Source: a virus
Taxonomy: Duplodnaviria > Caudoviricetes
Reading direction: 5' to 3' (one strand)
Length of the DNA: 64,000 bases
IMG/VR virus record: IMGVR_UViG_3300027278_000003
In this document: in pieces, positions 47,911 through 57,151 of the stretch
How positions within the stretch are numbered: the first letter of the stretch is position 1
Layout: every line of letters begins with the position of its first letter
The notes under the pieces: model-generated
Told to the model about the DNA's origin: nothing
The model's database searches: none
Seen by the model: the letters and a program-made list of their open reading frames with translations, nothing else
Program-made: the position numbers and the translations under genes

Positions 47911-47939
47911 TTGACATCCGTTGCGAATCACACTATAAA
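47911..47939 (+). promoter_or_regulatory. sigma70-like promoter with CGAATCA
   Basis: TTGACA-17-TATAAA. Confidence 0.8.
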
Positions 47940-47973
47940 GATAGTGTAAGAAAGAGAAACGAATGGAGTATTA

Positions 47974-48651
47974 ATGAAGGGTATCAATGCAGCAAGCCTA
48001 GCTTTCAATGCCGCAGTAATTATCGGTATGGTAGCAATCACAAATGGCTATGCAAATACTAACAGTCAAGATGATGTTCAATACAATGCAGTGATTGGCA
48101 TGGATGCAGTCACACCTGATCGTGTAGTAGTTATTGAGCGACCGGTAGTTGTTGAAAAAGCTGTCTACACTAATGAACTAACCGCGGAAATGCTTGCACA
48201 ACGTGCAGCGTTTATTGCAAACCCAGAAAGCGATGCAGAGCAATTTTGCATGGCACAGAACATTTTCTTTGAGGCTGGTATTGACAATCTAGCAGGTATG
48301 GCAGCAGTAGCAAACACTGTTCTCAACCGAGTAGAACATGACCATTATCCTGATACAATTTGCGGGGTAATTCATCAAGGTCACAAAGACGCAAATGGAA
48401 ACATGATCCGCAATCAATGCCAATTCTCTTGGTATTGTGATGGTAAGAGTGATCGTATTCCAGAAAGCGAAAACTGGGAACGTGCCAAAGCAGTTGCTTG
48501 GGACATTCTGAATACTAACGAATATCGTGGTCTCGCAGAAGGTGCAACGCACTATCACGCGACTTACGTAAATCCATACTGGTCGCGTTCGGCCAGTATG
48601 GACGAAATCGGACAAATCGGCGCACATCTTTTTTATCGTTGGCAATCATAA
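47974..48651 (+). CDS. Cell wall hydrolase SleB family
   Basis: CMAQNIFFEA, VLNRV...YP.TICGV, CQFSWYCDG, GATHYHA.YVNP.W, IG.H.FY. Confidence 0.93.
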   Translation: MKGINAASLAFNAAVIIGMVAITNGYANTNSQDDVQYNAVIGMDAVTPDRVVVIERPVVVEKAVYTNELTAEMLAQRAAFIANPESDAEQFCMAQNIFFEAGIDNLAGMAAVANTVLNRVEHDHYPDTICGVIHQGHKDANGNMIRNQCQFSWYCDGKSDRIPESENWERAKAVAWDILNTNEYRGLAEGATHYHATYVNPYWSRSASMDEIGQIGAHLFYRWQS

Positions 48652-48711
48652 AAGGACTTGACAATGGCACGATGTTGATGTAATATAAACTTACTAATTA
48701 ATATAGAGATA

Positions 48712-48851
48712 TTGGACCGTATGTGAAACAATGTCCAAACACAAATAAACTTTCATACGCATTATAATCTAATACTAAACTTTAATATAAACAGACCATA
48801 CCGGGGCAACGTCATTAAACTTATGTCCCTCACGAAATTGTCAACATGAGG
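48712..48851 (+). promoter_or_regulatory. Candidate structured 5' leader (pseudoknot plus SD-sequestering hairpin)
   Basis: TTGGAC/GTCCAA stem with loop CGTATG pairing to CATACG; CCTCA/TGAGG covers the SD. Confidence 0.35.
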
Positions 48852-48856
48852 AAAAT

Positions 48857-49153
48857 ATGACAACTTTCAATACTACTGCTGGCCAGAAAACTTTCAATCG
48901 CAACAAATCTGGTAAGCCAGCTGGACAAAAGCGTCCGCCCCGCCGTCTCTCGCCTTCGATGGATGAAGCAGTGAAGATGATTAAGAAACTGAATGGGCGT
49001 AACAAGATTTACGGCATGATGTCAACTAATGAACGCGGTGATGTGACCGAAGTGGGTGTATACAATGGTATCACTAAAAAGTATGCATTGTATCGCACTG
49101 ATCTGATAGACAGTGATGCAATCGCTGAATTCAAAGAAATTATCGGCGCTTAA
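48857..49153 (+). CDS. Basic hypothetical protein
   Basis: GAGG SD; terminator downstream. Confidence 0.7.
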   Translation: MTTFNTTAGQKTFNRNKSGKPAGQKRPPRRLSPSMDEAVKMIKKLNGRNKIYGMMSTNERGDVTEVGVYNGITKKYALYRTDLIDSDAIAEFKEIIGA

Positions 49154-49199
49154 CATAATCGGCGGGGGCGACCCCGCCATTACAATTTAAGGTATCGTT

Positions 49200-49730
49200 A
49201 TGAAATATTTTCTCCTAGAACCAACTTACAAAAAGTCAGTTGTTGAATATACTACATTTGTTAAAAAGACAGAAGATGCAACAATTCGTGCTACCCGCGA
49301 AGAAGGATATCGCTGGGGATCATGGATCATTAAAGTACCAGAAACAGTAGAAGATGCTGTTGAATGGTGCGCAGATATGAATTGCAGTTTCGAAGACGAT
49401 TTTGAAAATGATCTTGACGCACTGATTGAATCTGCAACACCAGATGTAAACAACGATTTCCATGAAGTAGATGATTACAACAATGAATTTGTAGAATTGT
49501 TTGACGGGTGTTGGGCAGATTGGACCATTCACGTCACCGGAGACGGCAAAGACAACTACGACGAAGAAGAAATTCAAGAAGAAGTAGAAAACGCTTGGGA
49601 TGAAGAATGGAACTCTGGTGTTGAAAATGTAGGATATGAAGAACTGGGTTGTTGGTGCGAAATCCAAGTAGAACCAAAACTTACACCATGTGATGAACGC
49701 GGTGCTATCCTTGATGAAGTTGAGGCGTAA
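49200..49730 (+). CDS. Acidic hypothetical protein
   Basis: ORF in operon. Confidence 0.7.
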   Translation: MKYFLLEPTYKKSVVEYTTFVKKTEDATIRATREEGYRWGSWIIKVPETVEDAVEWCADMNCSFEDDFENDLDALIESATPDVNNDFHEVDDYNNEFVELFDGCWADWTIHVTGDGKDNYDEEEIQEEVENAWDEEWNSGVENVGYEELGCWCEIQVEPKLTPCDERGAILDEVEA

Positions 49731-50897
49731 ATGCGTATTGAAAACGAAATTCTTTTAGACTATAGTGACGTTCTTATTCGTCCAAAGCGTAGCACACTTG
49801 CATCCCGAAGTGATGTTGACCTAGAACGCAAGTTCGCATTCCGTAACTACGATCCACATTTTGAACATGAAAGTTGGGATGATCATCATTACGAAGGTGT
49901 CCCGATCATGGCAGCAAACATGGATGGTGTTGGAACATTTGCTATGGCAGATGAACTTGCCAAACAGAAGATTTTTACTTGTTTAGTCAAAACATATTCC
50001 AAAGATGATTTGATTGAATACTTTAGTACTGATAATTATCATCGTACAGATTATGTTGCAATGAGCATCGGTACAAGTAATGCTGACTATCATAAGTTTG
50101 TTCAGGTATATACAAGTGTTGGTGAACAATTAAAATATCTATGTATTGATGTTGCGAATGGTTATAGTGAAGCGTTTGTTACACACGTAGGTGAAATTCG
50201 TAAGAGTCACCCACACATTGTAATCATCGCAGGTAACGTAGTTACTGCGGATCAAACACAGGAGTTAATCTTAAATGGCGCAGATATTGTCAAAGTGGGC
50301 ATTGGTCCTGGTAGTGTGTGTACTACTCGTATTCAAACCGGTGTCGGCTATCCCCAACTATCAGCAGTTATCGAATGTGCAGATGCTGCTCACGGCCTTG
50401 GAGGTCATATTATTGCTGACGGTGGTTGTACTTGCCCTGGTGATGTTGCTAAAGCATTTGCTGCTGGTGCTGACTTTGTGATGCTTGGTGGCATGCTTGC
50501 CGGACACGACGAAGGTGGTGGTGAAGTAATTACAAAACGCTATCACACTAATGAACTAAGATTAAAAGATATAGCAGACCTTGGCAAAACTTGGAATAGC
50601 AGTAACCTAATTATTGAAGAAAAACAGTTTGTACAATTTTACGGAATGAGTAGTGATGCAGCAAACACAAAACATTTTGGCGGTCTTAAAGACTATCGTG
50701 CTAGTGAAGGACGAGAAGTCCTTGTCCCTTACCGAGGAGCAGTTGCAGGAACAGTCCAAACGATTTTGGGAGGTGTACGCAGCACTTGCACATATGTCGG
50801 GGCCGCGACACTGAAACAGCTAAGTAAATGCACGACATTTGTTCGTGTAAACAATCAATACAATCGGACATATGAGACCACAACTACAAAAATGTAA
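49731..50897 (+). CDS. guaC: GMP reductase
   Basis: [52 protein letters not shown]. Confidence 0.96.
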   Translation: MRIENEILLDYSDVLIRPKRSTLASRSDVDLERKFAFRNYDPHFEHESWDDHHYEGVPIMAANMDGVGTFAMADELAKQKIFTCLVKTYSKDDLIEYFSTDNYHRTDYVAMSIGTSNADYHKFVQVYTSVGEQLKYLCIDVANGYSEAFVTHVGEIRKSHPHIVIIAGNVVTADQTQELILNGADIVKVGIGPGSVCTTRIQTGVGYPQLSAVIECADAAHGLGGHIIADGGCTCPGDVAKAFAAGADFVMLGGMLAGHDEGGGEVITKRYHTNELRLKDIADLGKTWNSSNLIIEEKQFVQFYGMSSDAANTKHFGGLKDYRASEGREVLVPYRGAVAGTVQTILGGVRSTCTYVGAATLKQLSKCTTFVRVNNQYNRTYETTTTKM

Positions 50898-50906
50898 GGA
50901 AACATT

Positions 50907-51077
50907 ATGGAACTTATTATTACACTACTAGTATGGGCAGCGTTCGGTTGGCTCTGTCACGAAATGGCAAAAACACGTGGACGCAATACCACGACATGGA
51001 CTATCATGGGTCTATTGTTTGGTCTATTTGCAGTTATCGTTCTAGCATTGATCGGCAAAGCGGAATCCAATCAATAA
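50907..51077 (+). CDS. Small two-TM membrane protein, 56 aa
   Basis: Translated by hand; MA..RGR...W...G..FG pattern. Confidence 0.7.
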   Translation: MELIITLLVWAAFGWLCHEMAKTRGRNTTTWTIMGLLFGLFAVIVLALIGKAESNQ

Positions 51078-51081
51078 GACT

Positions 51082-51309
51082 ATGGGATCAGGTTTAACTA
51101 TAGTCTCCTCAAAAACTTACAAAGATGTGAAGTTACCATACTGCATCACAGTGGCGTTTGACGGAGACAGCAAGCAACTAAGAAGTGAGTTAGTCTCCCG
51201 ATACAATCAGGGAGACTTCTCCTGCCTGATAGAACGTTACAAGAGCCTTGCAATAATAAATTTTAGAAAAGAAGAAGACGCAGCAGATTTTTTAATGAGG
51301 GTATCATGA
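51082..51309 (+). CDS. Hypothetical protein (dispersed small-protein family)
   Basis: INFRKEEDAADF. Confidence 0.6.
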   Translation: MGSGLTIVSSKTYKDVKLPYCITVAFDGDSKQLRSELVSRYNQGDFSCLIERYKSLAIINFRKEEDAADFLMRVS

Positions 51310-51740
51310 GTAAAAAAATAGGATTCACTGCATCGAGTTTCGATCTGTTTCATGCAGGTCACACTCTAATGCTTGAAGAAGCAAAACAGCAATGTGACTA
51401 TCTTATAGTTGGATTACAAACTGATCCAACACTAGATCGTCCATCAAAGAATAAACCAGTACAAACGGTAGTAGAACGTTATCTGCAACTACGCGCATGT
51501 AAGTATGTGGACGAAATCATTCCATATGCAACAGAGCAAGATTTGGAAGATATTCTTTCTGGTATGCATATTGATGTTCGTATTCTTGGGGTAGAATACC
51601 GTGACAAAGATTTTACTGGTAGAGATATTTGCAAGAAGCGCGATATTGACATTTATTTTAATGAGCGTGATCACCGATTTAGCACAAGCGATTTGAGACT
51701 GAGAGTAGCAGAGGCGGAAAAGACCAAAGGGAAAAAATAA
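51306..51740 (+). CDS. tagD: Glycerol-3-phosphate cytidylyltransferase-like
   Basis: SFDLFHAGH, LIVGLQTDP, R.H.FSTSDLR. Confidence 0.9.
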   Translation: MSKKIGFTASSFDLFHAGHTLMLEEAKQQCDYLIVGLQTDPTLDRPSKNKPVQTVVERYLQLRACKYVDEIIPYATEQDLEDILSGMHIDVRILGVEYRDKDFTGRDICKKRDIDIYFNERDHRFSTSDLRLRVAEAEKTKGKK

Positions 51741-51771
51741 TCACAAGTATGCTATCCACAACTATGATGAT

Positions 51772-52017
51772 ATGACTATATATTATCGGTTTGGGAGTAT
51801 GCATAGGGACGAAGGTCCAGCATAATGTGATCACATAGTCAAGCAAAAGATTTGGTATCAGTATGGAAAGATTCATCGTGTAGATGGTCCCGCGTTTATT
51901 CAAGTTGATGAAGAATTTTTCTATTGGCATGATACAATAATGGAGTTTGACACTTGGATTAAATGGACAACTGCTCCAGAAGAAAAAAAAGCAGAACTAA
52001 TTTTAAAATACGGTTAA
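51772..52017 (+). pseudogene. HR.DGPA-repeat protein interrupted by an in-frame TAA
   Basis: MHRDEGPA-TAA(51823)-CDH..IHRVDGPAF..; the frame continues to TAA 52017. Confidence 0.65.
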
Positions 52018-52019
52018 CA

Positions 52020-52787
52020 ATGGCAATTCAAAAAGAAACGATACTAGAAGTAGAACACTTCACAGACAGACTATTCAGAATTCGTACAACTCGCTCACCA
52101 AACATTAAGTTTCGTGACGGTGAGTTTCTAATGATCGGGATCGAAGTAGATGGTAAGCCACTCCTACGTGCATATTCAGTTGCATCTCCCAACTATGAAG
52201 AATACTTAGAATTCTTTTCAATCAAAGTTCAAGATGGTCCACTCACAAGTAGACTGCAACATGTTAAAGTTGGCGACGAATTGCTTGTAAACACAAAAGC
52301 AGTTGGCACACTTGTAATGGACAATATCAAGTCTGGGAGAAACTTGTATCTACTCGCAACTGGTACTGGTGTCGCACCATTTATGAGTATTACAAGATCA
52401 TTAGATTTTTATGATAACTTTGATCGTGTTATTCTGATGTGGGGAACACGTGAAATTGCAGAACTTGCGTATCACGATTTTCTAAATACACTCAATGACC
52501 ACGAAATATACGGTGAAGTCACTCAAGGTAAATTTGTATTTTATCCAACAGTGACACGCGAAGACTTCCATACTACTGGAAGAATTACAGACGCACTTTA
52601 TACTGGTAAGGTTCAAGATAAATTAAACATAGAGCCGTTCGATCCAGAACACGATAGAGTGATGGTGTGTGGTTCTCATGAAATGAATATGGAGTTGAGA
52701 AAATACTTCATTGAAGAACAGGGATGCACGGAAGGCAACGCCAACACTAAAGGTGAATTCGTGCTAGAAAAAGCATTTGTAGGATAA
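52020..52787 (+). CDS. fpr: Ferredoxin-NADP(+) reductase (bacterial subclass)
   Basis: RAYSVAS, GPLTSRL, ATGTGVAPF, VTRE, GRIT, MVCGS, EKAFV; start refined. Confidence 0.95.
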   Translation: MAIQKETILEVEHFTDRLFRIRTTRSPNIKFRDGEFLMIGIEVDGKPLLRAYSVASPNYEEYLEFFSIKVQDGPLTSRLQHVKVGDELLVNTKAVGTLVMDNIKSGRNLYLLATGTGVAPFMSITRSLDFYDNFDRVILMWGTREIAELAYHDFLNTLNDHEIYGEVTQGKFVFYPTVTREDFHTTGRITDALYTGKVQDKLNIEPFDPEHDRVMVCGSHEMNMELRKYFIEEQGCTEGNANTKGEFVLEKAFVG

Positions 52788-52789
52788 AC

Positions 52790-53032
52790 ATGGAAGCAAA
52801 GATTTATACAAAAACGCAATGCACCTTTTGTGTGCAAGCAAAGACACTAATGACTATTCGTAATATCAAATTTGAAGAAATCAATCTAGAGACAACTGAG
52901 GGCGCACGGGAATCGCTAATGGAAGCATGTGCAGCAGAAAACGTTGTACCTCGCACTGTTCCACAAATTTGGTTAGATGGTGAATACGTTGGCGGGTTCA
53001 CTGAGTTAAAAGCAAAACTTGATCAAATCTAA
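52790..53032 (+). CDS. grxC: Glutaredoxin
   Basis: CTFC, TVPQIW..GEYVGG. Confidence 0.9.
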   Translation: MEAKIYTKTQCTFCVQAKTLMTIRNIKFEEINLETTEGARESLMEACAAENVVPRTVPQIWLDGEYVGGFTELKAKLDQI

Positions 53033-53044
53033 TAAATATATATA

Positions 53045-53101
53045 GGGGTCATAGGATCCCTTCGGGGATCCGCTCTTATTAGACCCCAATCTATTAGGAG
53101 C
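53045..53101 (+). promoter_or_regulatory. Candidate pseudoknot leader sequestering the SD of the Leu dehydrogenase gene
   Basis: GGGGTC/GACCCC stem, internal GGATCCC-TTCG-GGGATCC hairpin, GCTCTTATTAG pairs with CTATTAGGAGC. Confidence 0.5.
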
Positions 53102-53106
53102 GAATA

Positions 53107-54084
53107 ATGAAATTCTCAAACGTGGAAAAAGATGGATACGAAAGAGTAATCCGTGTCACAGATGATGCGTCTGGATTAGATGCATTTATAGCACTTCACA
53201 GCACAAAGTTAGGCCCAGCAATAGGTGGCATACGACTGTATGACTATCAGAATGAGCAAGATCAATTAACTGATGCACTACGTTTGAGTAAAGGTATGAC
53301 GTTTAAAAATGCAGCAGGTGGACTAGATCACGGCGGCGCGAAAACGACAGTGAATGCAAACAAGATAAAAAACAGAGAAGCCGCTTTTCAGATACTAGGG
53401 AAAGCGGTTAACCTTTTAGATGGGGCATATATTTGTGCAGGTGATATTGGCACGACAACAGCCGACTTGTATAAAGTAAACGATGGCACGAGTTATGTTG
53501 CTGGTATCACACTAGATAGCAGTCACCCAACAGCATTGGGCGTTCACACTTGTATCGACACACTACTAAAGCACAACAACAATCGCATTAACGGTTCGAC
53601 ATTTATTGTCCAAGGACTTGGTAAAGTAGGTTCACGACTCGTAACAATGTTACAAAGAGACAGCGGCATTGTGTTTGGTGTAGACCCGTTCACTACGATG
53701 GATACGGTGAAAATGCTATCAAGCCAACATATGTTCTCAACGCCAGCCACCATGTATGTACCGTGTGCGTTAGGTGCTACGCTAAATCTAAGATCACTAA
53801 ATACTATGAAGCCAAAATTAGTATGCGGTAGTGCAAACAACCAATTCGAAACAGAGAATGATGTTGGTATAGCACAAAATCTTGGATACAAATATGTTCC
53901 AGATTTTATCGCAAACTGCGGTGGGGTCGTGGCCGTTGCTCTGGACTTTCAAAAGAAAGACTATCAAAAAGCACTGACAACTGATCTAGCAGATAAAGTA
54001 AAAGATATTCTAGACGAAGCAGAACACGATGGAGTCCCTGCACAAATCGTAGCAGAGCGTTTTGCAAATCGTAGACTACAGTGA
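53107..54084 (+). CDS. Leu/Phe/Val dehydrogenase
   Basis: HST.LGPAIGG.R..Y, LRLSKGMT.KNA..GL..GGAK, QGLGKVG, PCALG, GSANNQ, PDF.AN.GG. Confidence 0.92.
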   Translation: MKFSNVEKDGYERVIRVTDDASGLDAFIALHSTKLGPAIGGIRLYDYQNEQDQLTDALRLSKGMTFKNAAGGLDHGGAKTTVNANKIKNREAAFQILGKAVNLLDGAYICAGDIGTTTADLYKVNDGTSYVAGITLDSSHPTALGVHTCIDTLLKHNNNRINGSTFIVQGLGKVGSRLVTMLQRDSGIVFGVDPFTTMDTVKMLSSQHMFSTPATMYVPCALGATLNLRSLNTMKPKLVCGSANNQFETENDVGIAQNLGYKYVPDFIANCGGVVAVALDFQKKDYQKALTTDLADKVKDILDEAEHDGVPAQIVAERFANRRLQ

Positions 54085-54091
54085 GGTACAT

Positions 54092-54334
54092 ATGTCAGAT
54101 AGTGAACAGCAGAAATTAATAATGTTGTCTGAGGTACTTGAGACCAGACTAAGAAAACAAAAAGAACTTGACTATTATCAGAAGCAGTTGGAAAAACTAG
54201 AACAAAAGATGTTCTTCATTAAGAAGGACATCGAAGTTACCAACTTGATAATCTCTATGATAGAGAGTGAAAAAATAATGGATTTCCAAGAACGTATGGA
54301 AGAACGTTTGCTGATACGAAAAGATGATGATTAA
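54092..54334 (+). CDS. Coiled-coil hypothetical protein
   Basis: GAGG SD; start refined. Confidence 0.7.
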   Translation: MSDSEQQKLIMLSEVLETRLRKQKELDYYQKQLEKLEQKMFFIKKDIEVTNLIISMIESEKIMDFQERMEERLLIRKDDD

Positions 54335-54337
54335 AAC

Positions 54338-54365
54338 TTGACATTCGTGCGAATCATGCTATATT
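54338..54365 (+). promoter_or_regulatory. sigma70-like promoter with CGAATCA
   Basis: TTGACA-16-TATATT. Confidence 0.8.
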
Positions 54366-54394
54366 AATAATGTAGTCAAGAGAGAGAGACGCAA

Positions 54395-54646
54395 ATGACC
54401 AAGTTCGTAAAAGAAAACTTCATCAAAGACGGCGAATATGTTTATTACGGCCAGTACAGCATGAAGAACTTTGTTGCTCGTTTCAAACATCGCGGGCCGA
54501 TCACTAAAGCAAAGTTCTTAAAAGAACTGATTGCTAACCATTCTGTAGAAAGCTACTTTGCTGGAATGGCTGAAGGAAAAGCTCCTCTTGCAATCCTGCG
54601 TGATGCTAACGAAGATTGGTTCTATGGCCTGCTGGGTATGAAATAA
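54395..54646 (+). CDS. Hypothetical protein (intact paralog of 55205-55475)
   Basis: Behind a GANTC promoter. Confidence 0.75.
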   Translation: MTKFVKENFIKDGEYVYYGQYSMKNFVARFKHRGPITKAKFLKELIANHSVESYFAGMAEGKAPLAILRDANEDWFYGLLGMK

Positions 54647-54649
54647 GGA

Positions 54650-55027
54650 ATGACTGATATGAACAACTACGACTATGCTTACTACGAGGGTGCGGACCTG
54701 AAACAGTACTCCAAGCCTATTAAGCCAACACTTGGTCGCGACCCAAATTCTGAAGAAGCTCTTGTGTATGCTTACGCTTTAGCTGAATATGAACGTGAAC
54801 TTGAATCATATAAAGAAAATATTGCATACTATACCTCACAAAAAACTCTTCGTATGAAGGAGTTGCGGGAAGCTATTCAAGCCGATTATGATATCAATGA
54901 AAAGCAATTTGCAGTGCTATGGGGACCTGCATACGAAGATGGACACAGTGAAGGTCTTCGTCAAGTAGTAAATCGCTTTGACGAATACTACGACATGGCA
55001 TCGGCTTTTGCCGCGTTGGAGGGTTAA
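54650..55027 (+). CDS. Hypothetical protein
   Basis: ORF in operon. Confidence 0.7.
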   Translation: MTDMNNYDYAYYEGADLKQYSKPIKPTLGRDPNSEEALVYAYALAEYERELESYKENIAYYTSQKTLRMKELREAIQADYDINEKQFAVLWGPAYEDGHSEGLRQVVNRFDEYYDMASAFAALEG

Positions 55028-55204
55028 ATGGAAAAGATTTCTGCCTTGCTACGTGATGATCTATATGATTCTAAAGATTGGAAACAAGCTGATCTAGCAG
55101 GTCGCGTTGAATGGTTGATTGCTATGCTTGAGAACTATCGCGATGAAATTGATATGTGGACTGATATTATTAACAGAGAGTCAACAGTTGGAATGGAGGA
55201 TTAA
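55028..55204 (+). CDS. Small hypothetical protein, 58 aa
   Basis: Translated by hand. Confidence 0.6.
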   Translation: MEKISALLRDDLYDSKDWKQADLAGRVEWLIAMLENYRDEIDMWTDIINRESTVGMED

Positions 55205-55475
55205 ATGGCTATTGCTCGTAAAAACAAACTTTACCACTTCAGGTGACTATGTTTTCTACGGTAAAGCAAAGCCTGAAAATTTTGTAGCGCGGTTTAAGCA
55301 TTGCGGGCCTTTCACTAAAGCAAAGTTCATCAAAGAACTAATCGCAAATCATACTGTTGAAGGTTACTTCGCAGAGCGTGACGCCGGTAAGGCTCCGCTT
55401 GCAATTCTTCGTGATGCAAACGAAGATTAGTACTACGGTATTCTTGAAGTATTCAGCGGAAAATCTTTCCGCTAA
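55205..55475 (+). pseudogene. Degenerate paralog of 54395-54646 (1-nt insertion and TAG at a Trp position)
   Basis: The SD-linked ATG 55205 is out of frame; ED-TAG-YYG aligns to EDWFYG of the paralog. Confidence 0.65.
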
Positions 55476-55480
55476 TTTTC

Positions 55481-55509
55481 TTGACAAACTAAACGAATCA
55501 CGATATAAC
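55481..55509 (+). promoter_or_regulatory. sigma70-like promoter with CGAATCA
   Basis: TTGACA-17-TATAAC. Confidence 0.8.
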
Positions 55510-55534
55510 AGTTATGTAATCAAGAGAGGTCATC

Positions 55535-55864
55535 ATGAAAGTTACCGTTCAACACATCAACCAAAACGAAATCACTGGTTCAGTAGAAGGGTTTACTGAT
55601 GTTGCAGAAGTGAACGTGTGGCACACTGAAGACATCGACGAAGCACTTGAATATGCTTACCGTTACACTAACAACGTTGACGGTTCGTGGAGCATGAAGA
55701 TTGGTGCGGATGCTAACGATGATGTAACTGTTCTTGCCCCGCTTCATGTTGCTAACGGGCGCACTTACGGGCTGCGTAGCACTTCAATGTTTGATCGCAT
55801 GGTAGCGAACGGTAAGACCTATAAAGTTGCAATGATGGGCTTCAAAGAAGTAGAAACGGTGTAA
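55535..55864 (+). CDS. Hypothetical protein
   Basis: Own GANTC promoter; GAGG SD. Confidence 0.75.
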   Translation: MKVTVQHINQNEITGSVEGFTDVAEVNVWHTEDIDEALEYAYRYTNNVDGSWSMKIGADANDDVTVLAPLHVANGRTYGLRSTSMFDRMVANGKTYKVAMMGFKEVETV

Positions 55865-55882
55865 GAATTTAAAAAAATATTC

Positions 55883-55911
55883 TTGACATTCACCGCGAAT
55901 CACATTATACA
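55883..55911 (+). promoter_or_regulatory. sigma70-like promoter with CGAATCA
   Basis: TTGACA-17-TATACA. Confidence 0.75.
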
Positions 55912-56085
55912 TATACTGTAACAAAGGGAGTTAAAGATGGATCGTCAGGAACTTTTGAAACTTGTGGAAGCGAAATTCGAAGAAGTACATGACCTAGTAT
56001 ATGATGGACTGGTCGGTCGTGAGCCCGAGACCCATCCTTTACTAGTTGAAATGTGGGAAGTTTTCAAAAAACTAGAAAAACTTTC

Positions 56086-56114
56086 TTGACATTCTATGCG
56101 AATCACGATATAAA
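56086..56114 (+). promoter_or_regulatory. sigma70-like promoter with CGAATCA
   Basis: TTGACA-17-TATAAA. Confidence 0.8.
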
Positions 56115-56141
56115 CATACTGTAACAAAGAGAGATACACAG

Positions 56142-56435
56142 ATGAAAATGACTGCAAAAGAAATGGAAACCGTTCTCACTCTTATCGGCAAAGGCGACTT
56201 TGATCAAATTGTAAAGGTCGCAGAACGTGTTAAACTTCAACGCACTTTCGTTCAAAATCAAAATCGTCGTACACTTGTGATCGGCGACAATGTTGAATTT
56301 GTTGCGCGTGATGTTCTTATCAATGGCGAAGTCACCAAAATCAATCGCAAGACTGTTATGGTTCGCCAAGTGAACCGCAACAATATGACTACGAACTGGA
56401 AAGTTCCCGCTGAAATGTTGAAAAAAGTAGCATAA
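56142..56435 (+). CDS. Hypothetical protein with SH3/KOW-like C-terminus
   Basis: L.IGDNVEF..GEVTKINRKTV.V. Confidence 0.7.
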   Translation: MKMTAKEMETVLTLIGKGDFDQIVKVAERVKLQRTFVQNQNRRTLVIGDNVEFVARDVLINGEVTKINRKTVMVRQVNRNNMTTNWKVPAEMLKKVA

Positions 56436-56485
56436 GGATAAGATTATGGGACTTCTACTATCAAAGTTCTTGGTAAAAAAAGTTC

Positions 56486-56514
56486 TTGACTTTAGACGCA
56501 GAATCGACTATATT
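56486..56514 (+). promoter_or_regulatory. sigma70-like promoter with AGAATCG
   Basis: TTGACT-17-TATATT. Confidence 0.7.
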
Positions 56515-56540
56515 AAGATTATAGAGATTGAGACAGACAC

Positions 56541-56867
56541 ATGAAACAACTACTAATCATCCCAGCACTACTAGGTCTTGCAGCATGTCAGACTACGACT
56601 CAACCCGCTAAAGTTTACTATCCTGTACAAAAATGCGGCTATGTTGATGTTCCGGTTTATGGAGTGCTAGATCGCCCAGCATCTGGTGGTGAAGTAGTTG
56701 GTGGTGCTGTTGTCGGCGGCGTTCTAGGCAACGTTGTCAGCGAAGGGAACGATGGCGCTACTATCGTTGGTGCAATTATCGGCGGCGCACTTGCAAATCA
56801 ACGTCGCCAAGAACAAGTAATCGTAGGATACAATCAAGAATATCAGTGTTGGACTGAGTACAAATAA
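56541..56867 (+). CDS. Glycine-zipper lipoprotein
   Basis: Lipobox LAAC; GAVVGGVLGN..GAIIGGALAN. Confidence 0.8.
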   Translation: MKQLLIIPALLGLAACQTTTQPAKVYYPVQKCGYVDVPVYGVLDRPASGGEVVGGAVVGGVLGNVVSEGNDGATIVGAIIGGALANQRRQEQVIVGYNQEYQCWTEYK

Positions 56868-56881
56868 CAGTCCAAACTAAT

Positions 56882-56958
56882 GTCTCCTTAGCTCAGTTGG
56901 ATAGAGCAAGTGACTTCTAATCACTAGGTCGAGGGTTCGAATCCTTCAGGGGACGCCA
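56882..56958 (+). tRNA. tRNA-Arg(UCU)
   Basis: Full cloverleaf, loop CTTCTAA, encoded CCA. Confidence 0.95.
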
Positions 56959-56963
56959 ATAAT

Positions 56964-57047
56964 GCCCGCGTGGTGAAATAGGTAACCACATTAGACTTAA
57001 AATCTGACGCGTAATGCTTACCGGTTCGAGTCCGGTCGCGGGTACCA
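56964..57047 (+). tRNA. tRNA-Leu(UAA)
   Basis: Cloverleaf with variable arm, loop CTTAAAA, CCA. Confidence 0.95.
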
Positions 57048-57052
57048 ACTCT

Positions 57053-57129
57053 GGGGGATTAGCTCAATTGGTTAGAGCTACCCGCTCATAACGGGTCGGT
57101 TGGGGGTTCAAGTCCCTCATCCCCTACCA
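57053..57129 (+). tRNA. tRNA(CAU), probably Ile2 (lysidine-type)
   Basis: Loop CTCATAA; body resembles alphaproteobacterial Ile2 (AGCTCAAT.GGTTAGAGC, GGTTGGGGGTTC.AGTCCCTC). Confidence 0.85.
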
Positions 57130-57151
57130 AACAAAAAAAAGGTTATACGGA

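Noticed and set aside
48712-48760. Possible SAM-II/SAM-V riboswitch (shares ACCGTAT)
   Set aside because: Other conserved nucleotides and the A-rich 3' strand are not evident, and the downstream gene is not SAM-related; kept only as a generic pseudoknot candidate
55428-55430. TAG at a Trp-equivalent position suggesting amber recoding
   Set aside because: TAG ends other genes at sensible positions (15746, 40686, 46814), no CUA tRNA is in the window, and the same gene also has a frameshift; decay is simpler
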